In this document: positions 8,972-16,860 of the stretch, piece by piece | Layout of the letters: every line of letters begins with the position of its first letter | Numbering within the stretch: position 1 is the stretch's first letter | Source: Bacteroidales bacterium | Lineage (GTDB): Bacteria > Bacteroidota > Bacteroidia > Bacteroidales > UBA4181 | DNA length: 35,870 nt | Assembly: GCA_031264715.1 (NCBI GenBank) | Contig: JAISDP010000231.1 | Coordinates: 1 to 35,870, forward strand | Direction of reading: 5' to 3' | Position numbers and translations under genes: made by a program | The notes under the pieces: generated by a model | What the model was told of the DNA's origin: nothing | Database searches by the model: none | Seen by the model: the letters and a program-made list of their open reading frames with translations, nothing else

Positions 8972-9880
8972 ATGATGCAAAGACGCAATTTTATTAAAAA
9001 CACGATACTGGCTACCGGCGCGTTCTCATTGGCCGGCAACTGCGCATTTGCCGGTGGCGTGTCCAAGACACAGCCGGCAAATGCCGGCTTCAAGAAATCG
9101 ATCATGTGGGGAACCGTCGGTATCGAAGGCTCCGTACTCGACAAATGCAAGGCGGTGAAGGAAGCAGGGTTTCAGGGAATCGAACCCAACAGCCACATGG
9201 ATCGCAAGGAAGTGATAGATGCTGCAAAAGCCACCGGGTTGGCAATTACCGACGTGTGTTGTTCCACGCATTGGGGCAAACCGCTCTCGCACCCCGACGC
9301 CACTGTACGCCAAGAGGGTATCGACGGGGCGATCGTTGCCCTTGAGGACGCCAAAGCCTACGGAACCGATGCCATATTATTGGTGCCCGGCACAGTGAAC
9401 GACACCGTAGCCTACGACGAATGTTGGAACCGTTCCACCGAAGGTATCAAGAAACTGCTCCCGGTTGCCGAGAAAATGAAGGTAAAAATATGTATCGAAA
9501 ATGTCTGGAATAACTTTCTCCTGAGTCCGATGGAAGCATGCCGCTTTGTTGACCAGTTCAACAGCCAGTACGTGAAGTTTTACTTCGACTGCGGGAACAT
9601 CCTGGTATATGGCTGGCCCGAACAGTGGGTCAGTATCCTGGGCGACCGTATCGGGCGTATCCACATCAAGGAGTTTAGCAAACAGATAGCAGACAGGCAG
9701 GGCCGTGGAGCCGGTTTCGGCGCACCGCTTACCGAAGGAGATGTCAACTGGGCAAAGGTGATGGAAGCTTTGCGTAAAAGCTATAAAAACGTGTGGCTTG
9801 CTACCGAACAGGGCGGCAACAAAACGCTCGAGGAGTTGAAAGATTTAAGCAAGCGGTTCGATAAGATACTAAGCATGTAG
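8972..9880 (+). CDS. Tat-exported xylose-isomerase-like TIM-barrel protein (sugar phosphate isomerase/epimerase family)
   Basis: QRRNFIKNTILATGAF Tat motif. The body (GFQGIEPN..., ILLVPG..., KICIENVWNNFL..., YFDCGNI..., IHIKEF) is typical of the AP endonuclease 2/xylose-isomerase-like TIM fold. It starts 9 nt after the preceding oxidoreductase gene ends. Confidence 0.8.
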   Translation: MMQRRNFIKNTILATGAFSLAGNCAFAGGVSKTQPANAGFKKSIMWGTVGIEGSVLDKCKAVKEAGFQGIEPNSHMDRKEVIDAAKATGLAITDVCCSTHWGKPLSHPDATVRQEGIDGAIVALEDAKAYGTDAILLVPGTVNDTVAYDECWNRSTEGIKKLLPVAEKMKVKICIENVWNNFLLSPMEACRFVDQFNSQYVKFYFDCGNILVYGWPEQWVSILGDRIGRIHIKEFSKQIADRQGRGAGFGAPLTEGDVNWAKVMEALRKSYKNVWLATEQGGNKTLEELKDLSKRFDKILSM

Positions 9881-10097
9881 AAACCGCACAGGCGCCAAAG
9901 AGAACAAAGGGCACACAGCATGATGTTTCTTTTCCTGATATGATCAAAATGTTGGGAAAACATATCATCTCAAAATAGAAATGCAAAATCCGGTCATGGT
10001 GAATTACCGTTGTACCGGGAAGTTCCGCCAGGCCGAAGATATTCGGTCATATCCTGAGAGTACTGCAAAAGGATGTAGTGTCTTGCCAAATTTCAAA

Positions 10098-10166
10098 TGA
10101 CCCTGTCAGCAGCTTTGCAGCCTGATAGGTCGTTTATTGCAGTGACCTGACAGGCCTGACAGGGTT
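10098..10166. repeat. Cluster of CCTGAYAGG motifs (3 forward, 1 inverted) giving a 10-bp stem followed by TTTTT
   Basis: ACCCTGTCAG at 10100-10109 is the exact reverse complement of CTGACAGGGT at 10157-10166, which is followed by TTTTTA. Additional CCTGATAGG (10121-10129) and CCTGACAGG (10146-10154) copies lie between the arms. Confidence 0.6.
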
Positions 10167-10243
10167 TTTAGACCCCAGGGTCAAACCAACATTATATCGT
10201 TGACACGGCAGTAGATTACAATCTTTTATAAACATCCTTTGAA

Positions 10244-10807
10244 GTGAAGCATAGCGAAAACACCGATTTCGAACAATTGTTCCGGCAGTATTATTCCACG
10301 CTTTGTGGAATTGCAAGGGGCTACATCCGTGATATGGTTATTGCAGAAGAGCTTGTCGGCGATGTTTTTGTCAGGTATTGGAATAACAGGCCGCATACAA
10401 TAATCCGGACATCATTGAAAGATTACCTGTTCACATCCGTCAAAAATGCCTGCATCGACTACATACGGACAGAACAGAAACGCCAGCGTAAACTTTCATA
10501 CATTGACGATGACCACAATATCGTGTGTACCATGCTGGCTGATTTGGGAGAAAATCCGCTCGACTACCTGATTTCTGCCGAAACAGAACAGCAGATAATC
10601 AATGCTATTAACGAACTTCCCGGGCGTTACCGGCAGACGTTCGTCCTGTGCCGGCTGGACGGAATGAGCTATGATGAGGCCGCTCAAGCTATGGGAATCT
10701 CCAGGAATACGATCAAGTCGAATTTACGGGAAGCATTGACGCTTTTATATAAAAAGTTAGATAATATAAGACTCATATTATTAATATTTTATCGTTCATT
10801 GTCATAA
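10244..10807 (+). CDS. ECF-type RNA polymerase sigma-70 factor
   Basis: GTG start. Region 2 is FEQLFRQYYSTLCGIARGYIRD...AEELVGDVFVRYWN. Region 4 HTH is LPGRYRQTFVLCRLDGMSYDEAAQAMGISRNTIKSNLREAL. No adjacent FecR-like anti-sigma gene. Confidence 0.88.
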   Translation: MKHSENTDFEQLFRQYYSTLCGIARGYIRDMVIAEELVGDVFVRYWNNRPHTIIRTSLKDYLFTSVKNACIDYIRTEQKRQRKLSYIDDDHNIVCTMLADLGENPLDYLISAETEQQIINAINELPGRYRQTFVLCRLDGMSYDEAAQAMGISRNTIKSNLREALTLLYKKLDNIRLILLIFYRSLS

Positions 10808-10864
10808 AATTTTTCCCATTACCGTTCGGTAAAAAGTACAAGAGAGGATTGGGAGGAACTATTC

Positions 10865-11887
10865 CTAAAACAGCAATTCCGGGTCTTTATAGCGGCTGAT
10901 TCCGAGATTGGTATATGCAATAGCTGTTACTTCGCGGCCGCGCGGCGTTCGTTTCAGGTAACCTTCCTTGATCAGGAACGGTTCGTACACTTCCTCAATG
11001 GTTCCGGGGTCTTCGCCCACTGCAGTGGCAATGGTTGTCAGTCCCACGGGGCCGCCGCGGAATTTTTCGATCATGGTACGCAGTATCCGGTTGTCCATTT
11101 CATCCAGGCCGTGGCGGTCGATGTTCAGGGCATCCAATGCGTAACGCGTGATTTCCAGGTTAATAGTTCCGTCGCCTTTCACCTGGGCAAAATCGCGTAC
11201 GCGGCGCAGCAATGCATTGGCGATACGTGGCGTACCACGGCTGCGCGAAGCCACTTCTGTTGCGGCTTCCGGTTCAATCGGGGTTTTCAGGATACGGGCT
11301 GCACGTGTTACAATGTGCGTGAGAACGTCCGTATTGTAGTATTGCAGGTGACAGGTGATGCCGAACCGCGCCCGCAAAGGACTGGTGAGCAGACCCGACC
11401 GGGTGGTGGCGCCTACGAGTGTGAAAGGATTAAGCGTGAGTTGTATCGATCGGGCGCTGGGACCTTTATCAATCAATATGTCGATAGTGTAATCTTCCAT
11501 GGCTGAGTAGAGGTATTCCTCCACTACGGGGCTGAGCCGGTGTATCTCGTCGATAAACAGCACATCGTTCCTCTCAAGGTTGGTGAGAATACCTGCCAGG
11601 TCGCCGGGTTTGTCGAGCACCGGCCCCGACGATAATTTCAGGTTGACGCCCAGTTCATTGGCAACGATATTGGCCAGCGTGGTTTTTCCCAAACCCGGAG
11701 GACCGTGCAGCAACACATGGTCGAGCGCTTCGCCCCGCATCCTGGCTGCTTGCACAAATACACGGAGGTTATCCACTACCTTAGGCTGCCCGCTGAATTC
11801 AACGAAACCGGCAGGCCGCAACGAGCGGTCGAGTTCTTTGTCCTCCTTGTCCCAATTACTGGTGCGAAATTCTACAGTATCCGGCAT
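10865..11887 (-). CDS. ruvB: Holliday junction branch migration DNA helicase RuvB
   Basis: [15 protein letters not shown], Walker [12 protein letters not shown], Walker [11 protein letters not shown], sensor [18 protein letters not shown] and C-terminal winged helix ([17 protein letters not shown]). Confidence 0.97.
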   Translation of the reverse strand: MPDTVEFRTSNWDKEDKELDRSLRPAGFVEFSGQPKVVDNLRVFVQAARMRGEALDHVLLHGPPGLGKTTLANIVANELGVNLKLSSGPVLDKPGDLAGILTNLERNDVLFIDEIHRLSPVVEEYLYSAMEDYTIDILIDKGPSARSIQLTLNPFTLVGATTRSGLLTSPLRARFGITCHLQYYNTDVLTHIVTRAARILKTPIEPEAATEVASRSRGTPRIANALLRRVRDFAQVKGDGTINLEITRYALDALNIDRHGLDEMDNRILRTMIEKFRGGPVGLTTIATAVGEDPGTIEEVYEPFLIKEGYLKRTPRGREVTAIAYTNLGISRYKDPELLF

Positions 11888-11906
11888 GAAAATATTTTTC
11901 AGATGC

Positions 11907-11914
11907 CAAAGATA
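11907..11914 (-). promoter_or_regulatory. -7 promoter box candidate for ruvB (TATCTTTG on the minus strand)
   Basis: The plus strand reads CAAAGATA, the reverse complement of TATCTTTG, about 20 nt upstream of the ruvB ATG (11887). Confidence 0.4.
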
Positions 11915-12202
11915 GTAATTGAAAGTTGAAAATTGAAAGGTAAAAGTTGAAAATTAGTACAATGTGCTTATTTTCAATCGAATCATTGGCAACTTCGGGC
12001 ACAGGGCAATCTTTAGTCCGTCCGGGTCAACTTTTCCCTGCCTCAATGGTTAACATTATCGCAAGGGATACGTTTTTATTTTAACCCACCTCGTTTCAAA
12101 AATGTGTAACAAAAATGTTTTTTTTCCGTATAAAAGAGATAAATATCAGGTTAAAACCCTCTCGAGGTGGATTTTGTGGATGTGTTTTATGGAGAATCAA
12201 GA

Positions 12203-14815
12203 ATGACAACCCGACAAAGATATAGTTTCATATTGAAACAGAGTTTGATACTGTTATTCTGTTTGTTTGCAAGTATTTCTCTGCTATCGGCGAATATTAT
12301 TGTCACACAGCCGGTAAGCCAGACGATATGCAAATCACAGGGATCTGCTACATTTTCCGTTACTGTGTCCGGTAGCCAGACTTCCTATACTTACCAATGG
12401 TATAAATTGGTTAATGGAAACTGGAACATGTTGCCCACCCAGGATGCCAAAGGACCCGGCTACACCACCCAGAATGAAGGCACCTACCGTTGTGTCGTTA
12501 CGCTATTTGGCACCACTACATCGGAGACCTCCCAACCTGCCAGCCTGATCATTCACGATGTCCCCTTCATCACAGGTATTATCGCCTCGGAAGTATGCAG
12601 CGGCGGTAACCTTGTAGCGGCGGTCGACCGCATCACTACCAATGGCAGCGATTTGCAGTCGTACGAGTGGAAATTGGAAGGCGCCACGGTTGAAAGCGGA
12701 ACGGTATCCAATAACACGGTTCCCGATCTGGTGTATCCCGTAACCGACGCAAAAAGCGGAAAGCCTCTTTGGGTAGAGATTCGAAACAGTTGTGGAACAA
12801 CGGCGTCTTCATCCATACCCATCATCGTATGGTCGCCCCCGTTGCCTCCTACGCCTGTTACAAGCAACTATTGCGAAGGAGATGCGGCTACACCCCTGAC
12901 TATCATTGAGAGTAATACAGCCGTATGGTATGATGCTGACACAGGAGGCTCAATCATACCGGCGCCTGTCCCGGATACGTCAATACCCGGTACGCAAACA
13001 TGGTGGGTGTCGCAAAAGGTAGCGTATTCTTCCGGCCCGGCTTGCGAAAGCAGCCGTACACCTGCCTCCGTGACCGTGCGCCCATTGTCTGATATACCCA
13101 GTTTTGCAGCGAATATCGATTTGTGTCTCAACGATCCTGATACAACATTGAAAGCCGTCGGTACGGACATTAAATGGTACGACCAACAAAAGAAACCGTT
13201 GCCGACTGCCCCCCAGATCAACACAAGTACGGCGGGCGAACAGACATATTACGTCACCCAAACCAAACCCGGAGAATGTGAAAGCCCGATAGACAACGGG
13301 AAAATTACCGTCCTGGTCAGGAGCCGGGCTAATGTGGACGCCGTGGAGCTTTCATATGCGTCCGAATTGTGTCCCAACAACAGCACCGTGATCGAAGCTG
13401 TTTCGCAGGTATCCAATTCCACGTTCAGGTGGTATGCTCACGATAATAAAACCGGATTGATTCATACCGGATCAACCTTTACGACCCCTGTGCTGATGCA
13501 CGACACGACATATTACGTCACGGTGCAGTATCTGGATATGTGTGAAAGCAGTTATCCCAAATCAGCGATGATAAACGTAAGGGATAATACGCTGCCCAGA
13601 ATTACCGCTCCGCCAAGCCTGGTCGTCAGTACGGGCGACGGGGTCTGTTATGCCGCCAATGTCGATATCGGCCAACCCCTTGTGTCGGACAACTGTACCG
13701 ATATGAGCAATCTCCTGGTATACACCGATCCCGTGGCGCCGGTCACTTATCATTTGGGCGACACGACCCTGACATGGTGGGTCATGGACGAAGCAGGCAA
13801 TAAAGATTATGCACTGCAAACGATCTCGGTGAGGGACAGGGAAAAGCCCAAAGGCACGTGCCCGGAAGATATCATCATAGAACTGGATGAAGATGAAAAT
13901 TCTGCCGTAGTGACCTACAATTTGAACTATACCGATAATTGCAGCCCGGTAAAATATGTAATGAAAACAACGGGAACGGCTTCGGGGTCGGTATTCAATT
14001 TGGGCACAACCCCTGTAAAATACGAGATCACCGATTCTGTCGGAAATACTGAAACCTGCGAATTTAATGTCATCGTACGTCATCCCTACCGCCCGATGGA
14101 AGTAGCCCTAAGGGTGAACGCTTACGAGGTTTGCCCGGGTGGAAAAGTCGTCGTCACCACGGTAATCAGCGGCGGAAGCGGGACGTATGTTTATTCGTGG
14201 AAACCGCGCGTATGGAACGAAGCCGTGCTCAGTGACTATCCTCTGGCAAGCACTGTATACGAAGTAACCGTGAGCGACGGCATCACCACCCAGACCAAAG
14301 ATGTCCAGGTTACGGTACTGGAAATCCAGCAGGTGGCGCTGACGCTCGAAGGTCGCCCCATGGACGAAATATTCGAAGGCAACGAAGTATTGGTAACAGC
14401 TACGCCCGGTTTTGCAAGTTACGAACTGTTGCTTGAAAATAAGGTGGTGCAGAAGGCGGGGTTGAATAACTCGGTGAGTTTCCAGGCCGAACTGGGAACA
14501 TACCGTGTGCGGGTATTTGCCACCGACGTCAATTTCTGCGTTTCGCAGGATCAGTTGCAAATTGATGTAACCAGTAGGAAATTGCCCAATATTTTCACAC
14601 CGAACAAGGACGGTAAAAATGATATATTCCTCGAAGGTTTCGACCTTCAGGTATTCAGCCGGGCCGGCGAACTGCTCTATAAGGGCGTCAACGGGTGGGA
14701 TGGCGTATACAAAGGCAAGCTGTTGCCCCAGGGCACATACCTGTACGTGGTAAGGCGCACCATGAACAATGGCGAACAGCGGCTTTTCAAGGGAACCGTA
14801 ACCTTAAAACGATGA
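12203..14815 (+). CDS. T9SS type-B sorting-domain cargo protein with Ig-like/HYR repeats (putative surface adhesin)
   Basis: The C-terminus LPNIFTPNKDGKNDIFLEGFDLQVFSRAGELLY...GTYLYVV matches the gliding-motility-associated C-terminal domain (type-B CTD). Two HYR-like modules are present (VSDNCTD..., YTDNCSP...). Signal peptide after MTTRQRYSFILKQSLILLFCLFASISLLSA. The ORF track starts at GTG 12167; ATG 12203 is preferred. Confidence 0.85.
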   Translation: MTTRQRYSFILKQSLILLFCLFASISLLSANIIVTQPVSQTICKSQGSATFSVTVSGSQTSYTYQWYKLVNGNWNMLPTQDAKGPGYTTQNEGTYRCVVTLFGTTTSETSQPASLIIHDVPFITGIIASEVCSGGNLVAAVDRITTNGSDLQSYEWKLEGATVESGTVSNNTVPDLVYPVTDAKSGKPLWVEIRNSCGTTASSSIPIIVWSPPLPPTPVTSNYCEGDAATPLTIIESNTAVWYDADTGGSIIPAPVPDTSIPGTQTWWVSQKVAYSSGPACESSRTPASVTVRPLSDIPSFAANIDLCLNDPDTTLKAVGTDIKWYDQQKKPLPTAPQINTSTAGEQTYYVTQTKPGECESPIDNGKITVLVRSRANVDAVELSYASELCPNNSTVIEAVSQVSNSTFRWYAHDNKTGLIHTGSTFTTPVLMHDTTYYVTVQYLDMCESSYPKSAMINVRDNTLPRITAPPSLVVSTGDGVCYAANVDIGQPLVSDNCTDMSNLLVYTDPVAPVTYHLGDTTLTWWVMDEAGNKDYALQTISVRDREKPKGTCPEDIIIELDEDENSAVVTYNLNYTDNCSPVKYVMKTTGTASGSVFNLGTTPVKYEITDSVGNTETCEFNVIVRHPYRPMEVALRVNAYEVCPGGKVVVTTVISGGSGTYVYSWKPRVWNEAVLSDYPLASTVYEVTVSDGITTQTKDVQVTVLEIQQVALTLEGRPMDEIFEGNEVLVTATPGFASYELLLENKVVQKAGLNNSVSFQAELGTYRVRVFATDVNFCVSQDQLQIDVTSRKLPNIFTPNKDGKNDIFLEGFDLQVFSRAGELLYKGVNGWDGVYKGKLLPQGTYLYVVRRTMNNGEQRLFKGTVTLKR

Positions 14816-15744
14816 TGCGGCAACAAATGAAGAGATTCCTCTACATATGTGTCCTTACATTTGGCGTAGTTGGCATATCCCTTGCGCAAACCGACCCGAT
14901 GTTCTTCCAGCAGGCCAGTAACCGCGGACTGATCAACCCGGCGACTACGGGAAAAGGCGGCGATATGAACGCTGCTTATACCATGCGCCAGCAATGGGTC
15001 GGCTTTCCGGGACCAACAACGCAGGCCATATATGGCCATGGTTTTGTAAAGCAGATACGTTCGGGTTTTGGATTATCATGGATCAACAATAAGTTCGGAC
15101 CGCAACGGACCAACAATATCAAACTGGATTATGCCTATTTCGTCCCGTTCGAGGAAATCGCTTTTCTTTCGTTCGGACTGGGGATGGGGATCATGAGTAA
15201 TACTTACGACGAATCGAACTTATTTAATTATGACGACAACGACGAATTGATCACCAAGGGTAAAAAGTCGAAAACCCTGCCCGATTTTGATTTCGGATTT
15301 GAATTCAATACACGGTATTGGGAAGTCGGCGCTTCGGTGACTCATATCACCTATATGTACGACGACCAGAGTCTTGTGCGCCCGATGAGGAATATTTATG
15401 CGTATACACGTGTCAAACTGGCGATGAACAAGTATTGGGATTTCATACCGGGCATCACCTGGCACAATACCCGCAAAATGAATACCTGCGAGGTAAATGC
15501 AGCATTTCGCTACAACAATAACATCTGTGTGAACCTGATATACCGGAATCCTGTGGATTGCGGTATAGCGCTTGGAATCGATGTTTACGGCGGAATCCGT
15601 GTAACTTATTCATACGATTACGGTTTTGACAATCTGAACGGCTACAACAGCGGTTCGCATGAAATAACCCTTTCATACAACATCCCTGTGAACACCACTT
15701 ATGTGAGGAGCAAACTGCGGTTCTTCAGGTGGAAGATGTTTTGA
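14812..15744 (+). CDS. PorP/SprF-family type IX secretion system membrane protein
   Basis: MMRQQMKRFLYICVLTFGVVGISLAQTDPMFFQQASNRGLINPATTG is the characteristic PorP/SprF N-terminus. The body is beta-barrel-like and ends in an aromatic residue. ATG 14812 overlaps the cargo gene's TGA (ATGA). The longer track ORF from 14695 lies inside the upstream gene. Confidence 0.85.
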   Translation: MMRQQMKRFLYICVLTFGVVGISLAQTDPMFFQQASNRGLINPATTGKGGDMNAAYTMRQQWVGFPGPTTQAIYGHGFVKQIRSGFGLSWINNKFGPQRTNNIKLDYAYFVPFEEIAFLSFGLGMGIMSNTYDESNLFNYDDNDELITKGKKSKTLPDFDFGFEFNTRYWEVGASVTHITYMYDDQSLVRPMRNIYAYTRVKLAMNKYWDFIPGITWHNTRKMNTCEVNAAFRYNNNICVNLIYRNPVDCGIALGIDVYGGIRVTYSYDYGFDNLNGYNSGSHEITLSYNIPVNTTYVRSKLRFFRWKMF

Positions 15745-15847
15745 TCGTTTCCTGAAATTTTTTGTGGGAAGTATATTTCCCGTCACAAGGCGGCGTTTTA
15801 AATCCTTGACGATACCCTGACAGGATAATTTTTAATTTTTTGTAACT

Positions 15848-15855
15848 TATTTTTG
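15848..15855 (+). promoter_or_regulatory. -7 promoter box candidate (TATTTTTG) upstream of the polysaccharide export genes
   Basis: Matches TAnnTTTG, about 180 nt upstream of the wza-like ATG. No properly spaced -33 element. Confidence 0.3.
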
Positions 15856-15881
15856 CGGTGTTCGTATAATAATTCGTATGG

Positions 15882-15913
15882 TTGTGCATCCGGCTCTTCA
15901 TCCGGATGCACAA
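15882..15913 (+). promoter_or_regulatory. Perfect 12-bp stem / 8-nt loop hairpin in the putative leader of the polysaccharide locus
   Basis: TTGTGCATCCGG (15882-15893) and CCGGATGCACAA (15902-15913) are exact reverse complements. No U-tract follows, so this is not a canonical intrinsic terminator. Confidence 0.6.
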
Positions 15914-16036
15914 GCCTCGGAAAAGGTTCATACAGGTTACGTCAGGCACAATTGGATGTGACTGACGGTAGCGGAGCTGTAACAAGTCTAAAATTTTCTC
16001 ATATATTGTAAAAACAGGTAAATTATAAAATTACAT

Positions 16037-16816
16037 ATGAACTGCAAAATCATCATTTTATTGTGTCTTGTATTGGCGTCATGCCACAGTGAAAAGAAAA
16101 TTGCATATATGCAGGATGTGGCAAATGAAGCCGTCAGAACAATAGAAGTGAATGCGGGCATTGTAATCCAGGCCAAGGATGTGCTTTCCATTGTTGTATC
16201 CAGCAAAAATCCCGAACTGGTCATGGCTTTTAATCTCCCGTTATTAACCTATCAGGCGGGAAGTACACAGTCTGCTTCCAGTTATTCGCAACGATTGCTT
16301 GGTTACACAGTAGATTTGGAGGGAAATATTGATTTCCCGGTATTGGGGAAATTAAAAGTAGCGGGGCTGACTCGCGATCAATTGTCTGAAATGATCAAGC
16401 AAAGGTTGATTCAGGAAAATTTGATTAAGGATCCCATCATAGTCACCGATTTCATGAATTTTAAAATTTATGTTTTGGGGGAAGTGAAAACTCCGGGGGC
16501 GTTTGCCCTGGACGGTGACAGGATTACGATACTCGAAGCGCTCGGCAAAGCCGGAGACCTGACCATTTACGGCAAACGCGACAATGTTTTGGTTCGTCGT
16601 GAAAAAGACGGTGTCGTTAATCTTTATCGAGTGGACCTGCGTTCCGAAGCATTGCTCCGTTCGCCGGTTTATTACCTGCAACAGAATGATGTAGTGTATG
16701 TTGAACCCAATAAGACCCGGGCCGGACAGTCAAGAATCAACGAAAACAGGTCCATGGGCGTGTGGATTTCCCTGGCATCGCTTTTAACATCAATGGCTGT
16801 GCTGATTTTTAAATAA
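16037..16816 (+). CDS. wza: Outer-membrane polysaccharide export protein (Wza/BexD/CtrA family, short Bacteroidetes type)
   Basis: Lipoprotein signal LLCLVLASCHSE. Poly_export/SLBB-like motifs IQAKDVLSIVVSS, FPVLGKLKVAGLTRDQL, VLGEVKTPGAF, ILEALGKAGDLT. C-terminal hydrophobic helix. Confidence 0.88.
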   Translation: MNCKIIILLCLVLASCHSEKKIAYMQDVANEAVRTIEVNAGIVIQAKDVLSIVVSSKNPELVMAFNLPLLTYQAGSTQSASSYSQRLLGYTVDLEGNIDFPVLGKLKVAGLTRDQLSEMIKQRLIQENLIKDPIIVTDFMNFKIYVLGEVKTPGAFALDGDRITILEALGKAGDLTIYGKRDNVLVRREKDGVVNLYRVDLRSEALLRSPVYYLQQNDVVYVEPNKTRAGQSRINENRSMGVWISLASLLTSMAVLIFK

Positions 16817-16860
16817 AACTTGAAACATGTTCTTCATTCTTTACTTTTAAAAATATCCAC

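Noticed and set aside
14695-14811. Upstream extension of the PorP/SprF ORF, and similarly 12167-12202 for the cargo gene, 24209-24418 for GT2 and 27775-27783 for higB
   Set aside because: The extensions overlap the preceding gene or use GTG/TTG starts. Internal ATGs give canonical N-termini: a signal peptide, the GT2 'VVIPLYN' start, and a HigB of normal length.
15745-16036. Bacteroides-type invertible capsule promoter (short inverted repeats flanking a ~200-bp promoter)
   Set aside because: No flanking inverted repeat pair was found around the leader, only a single local hairpin. There is no recombinase gene in the window.
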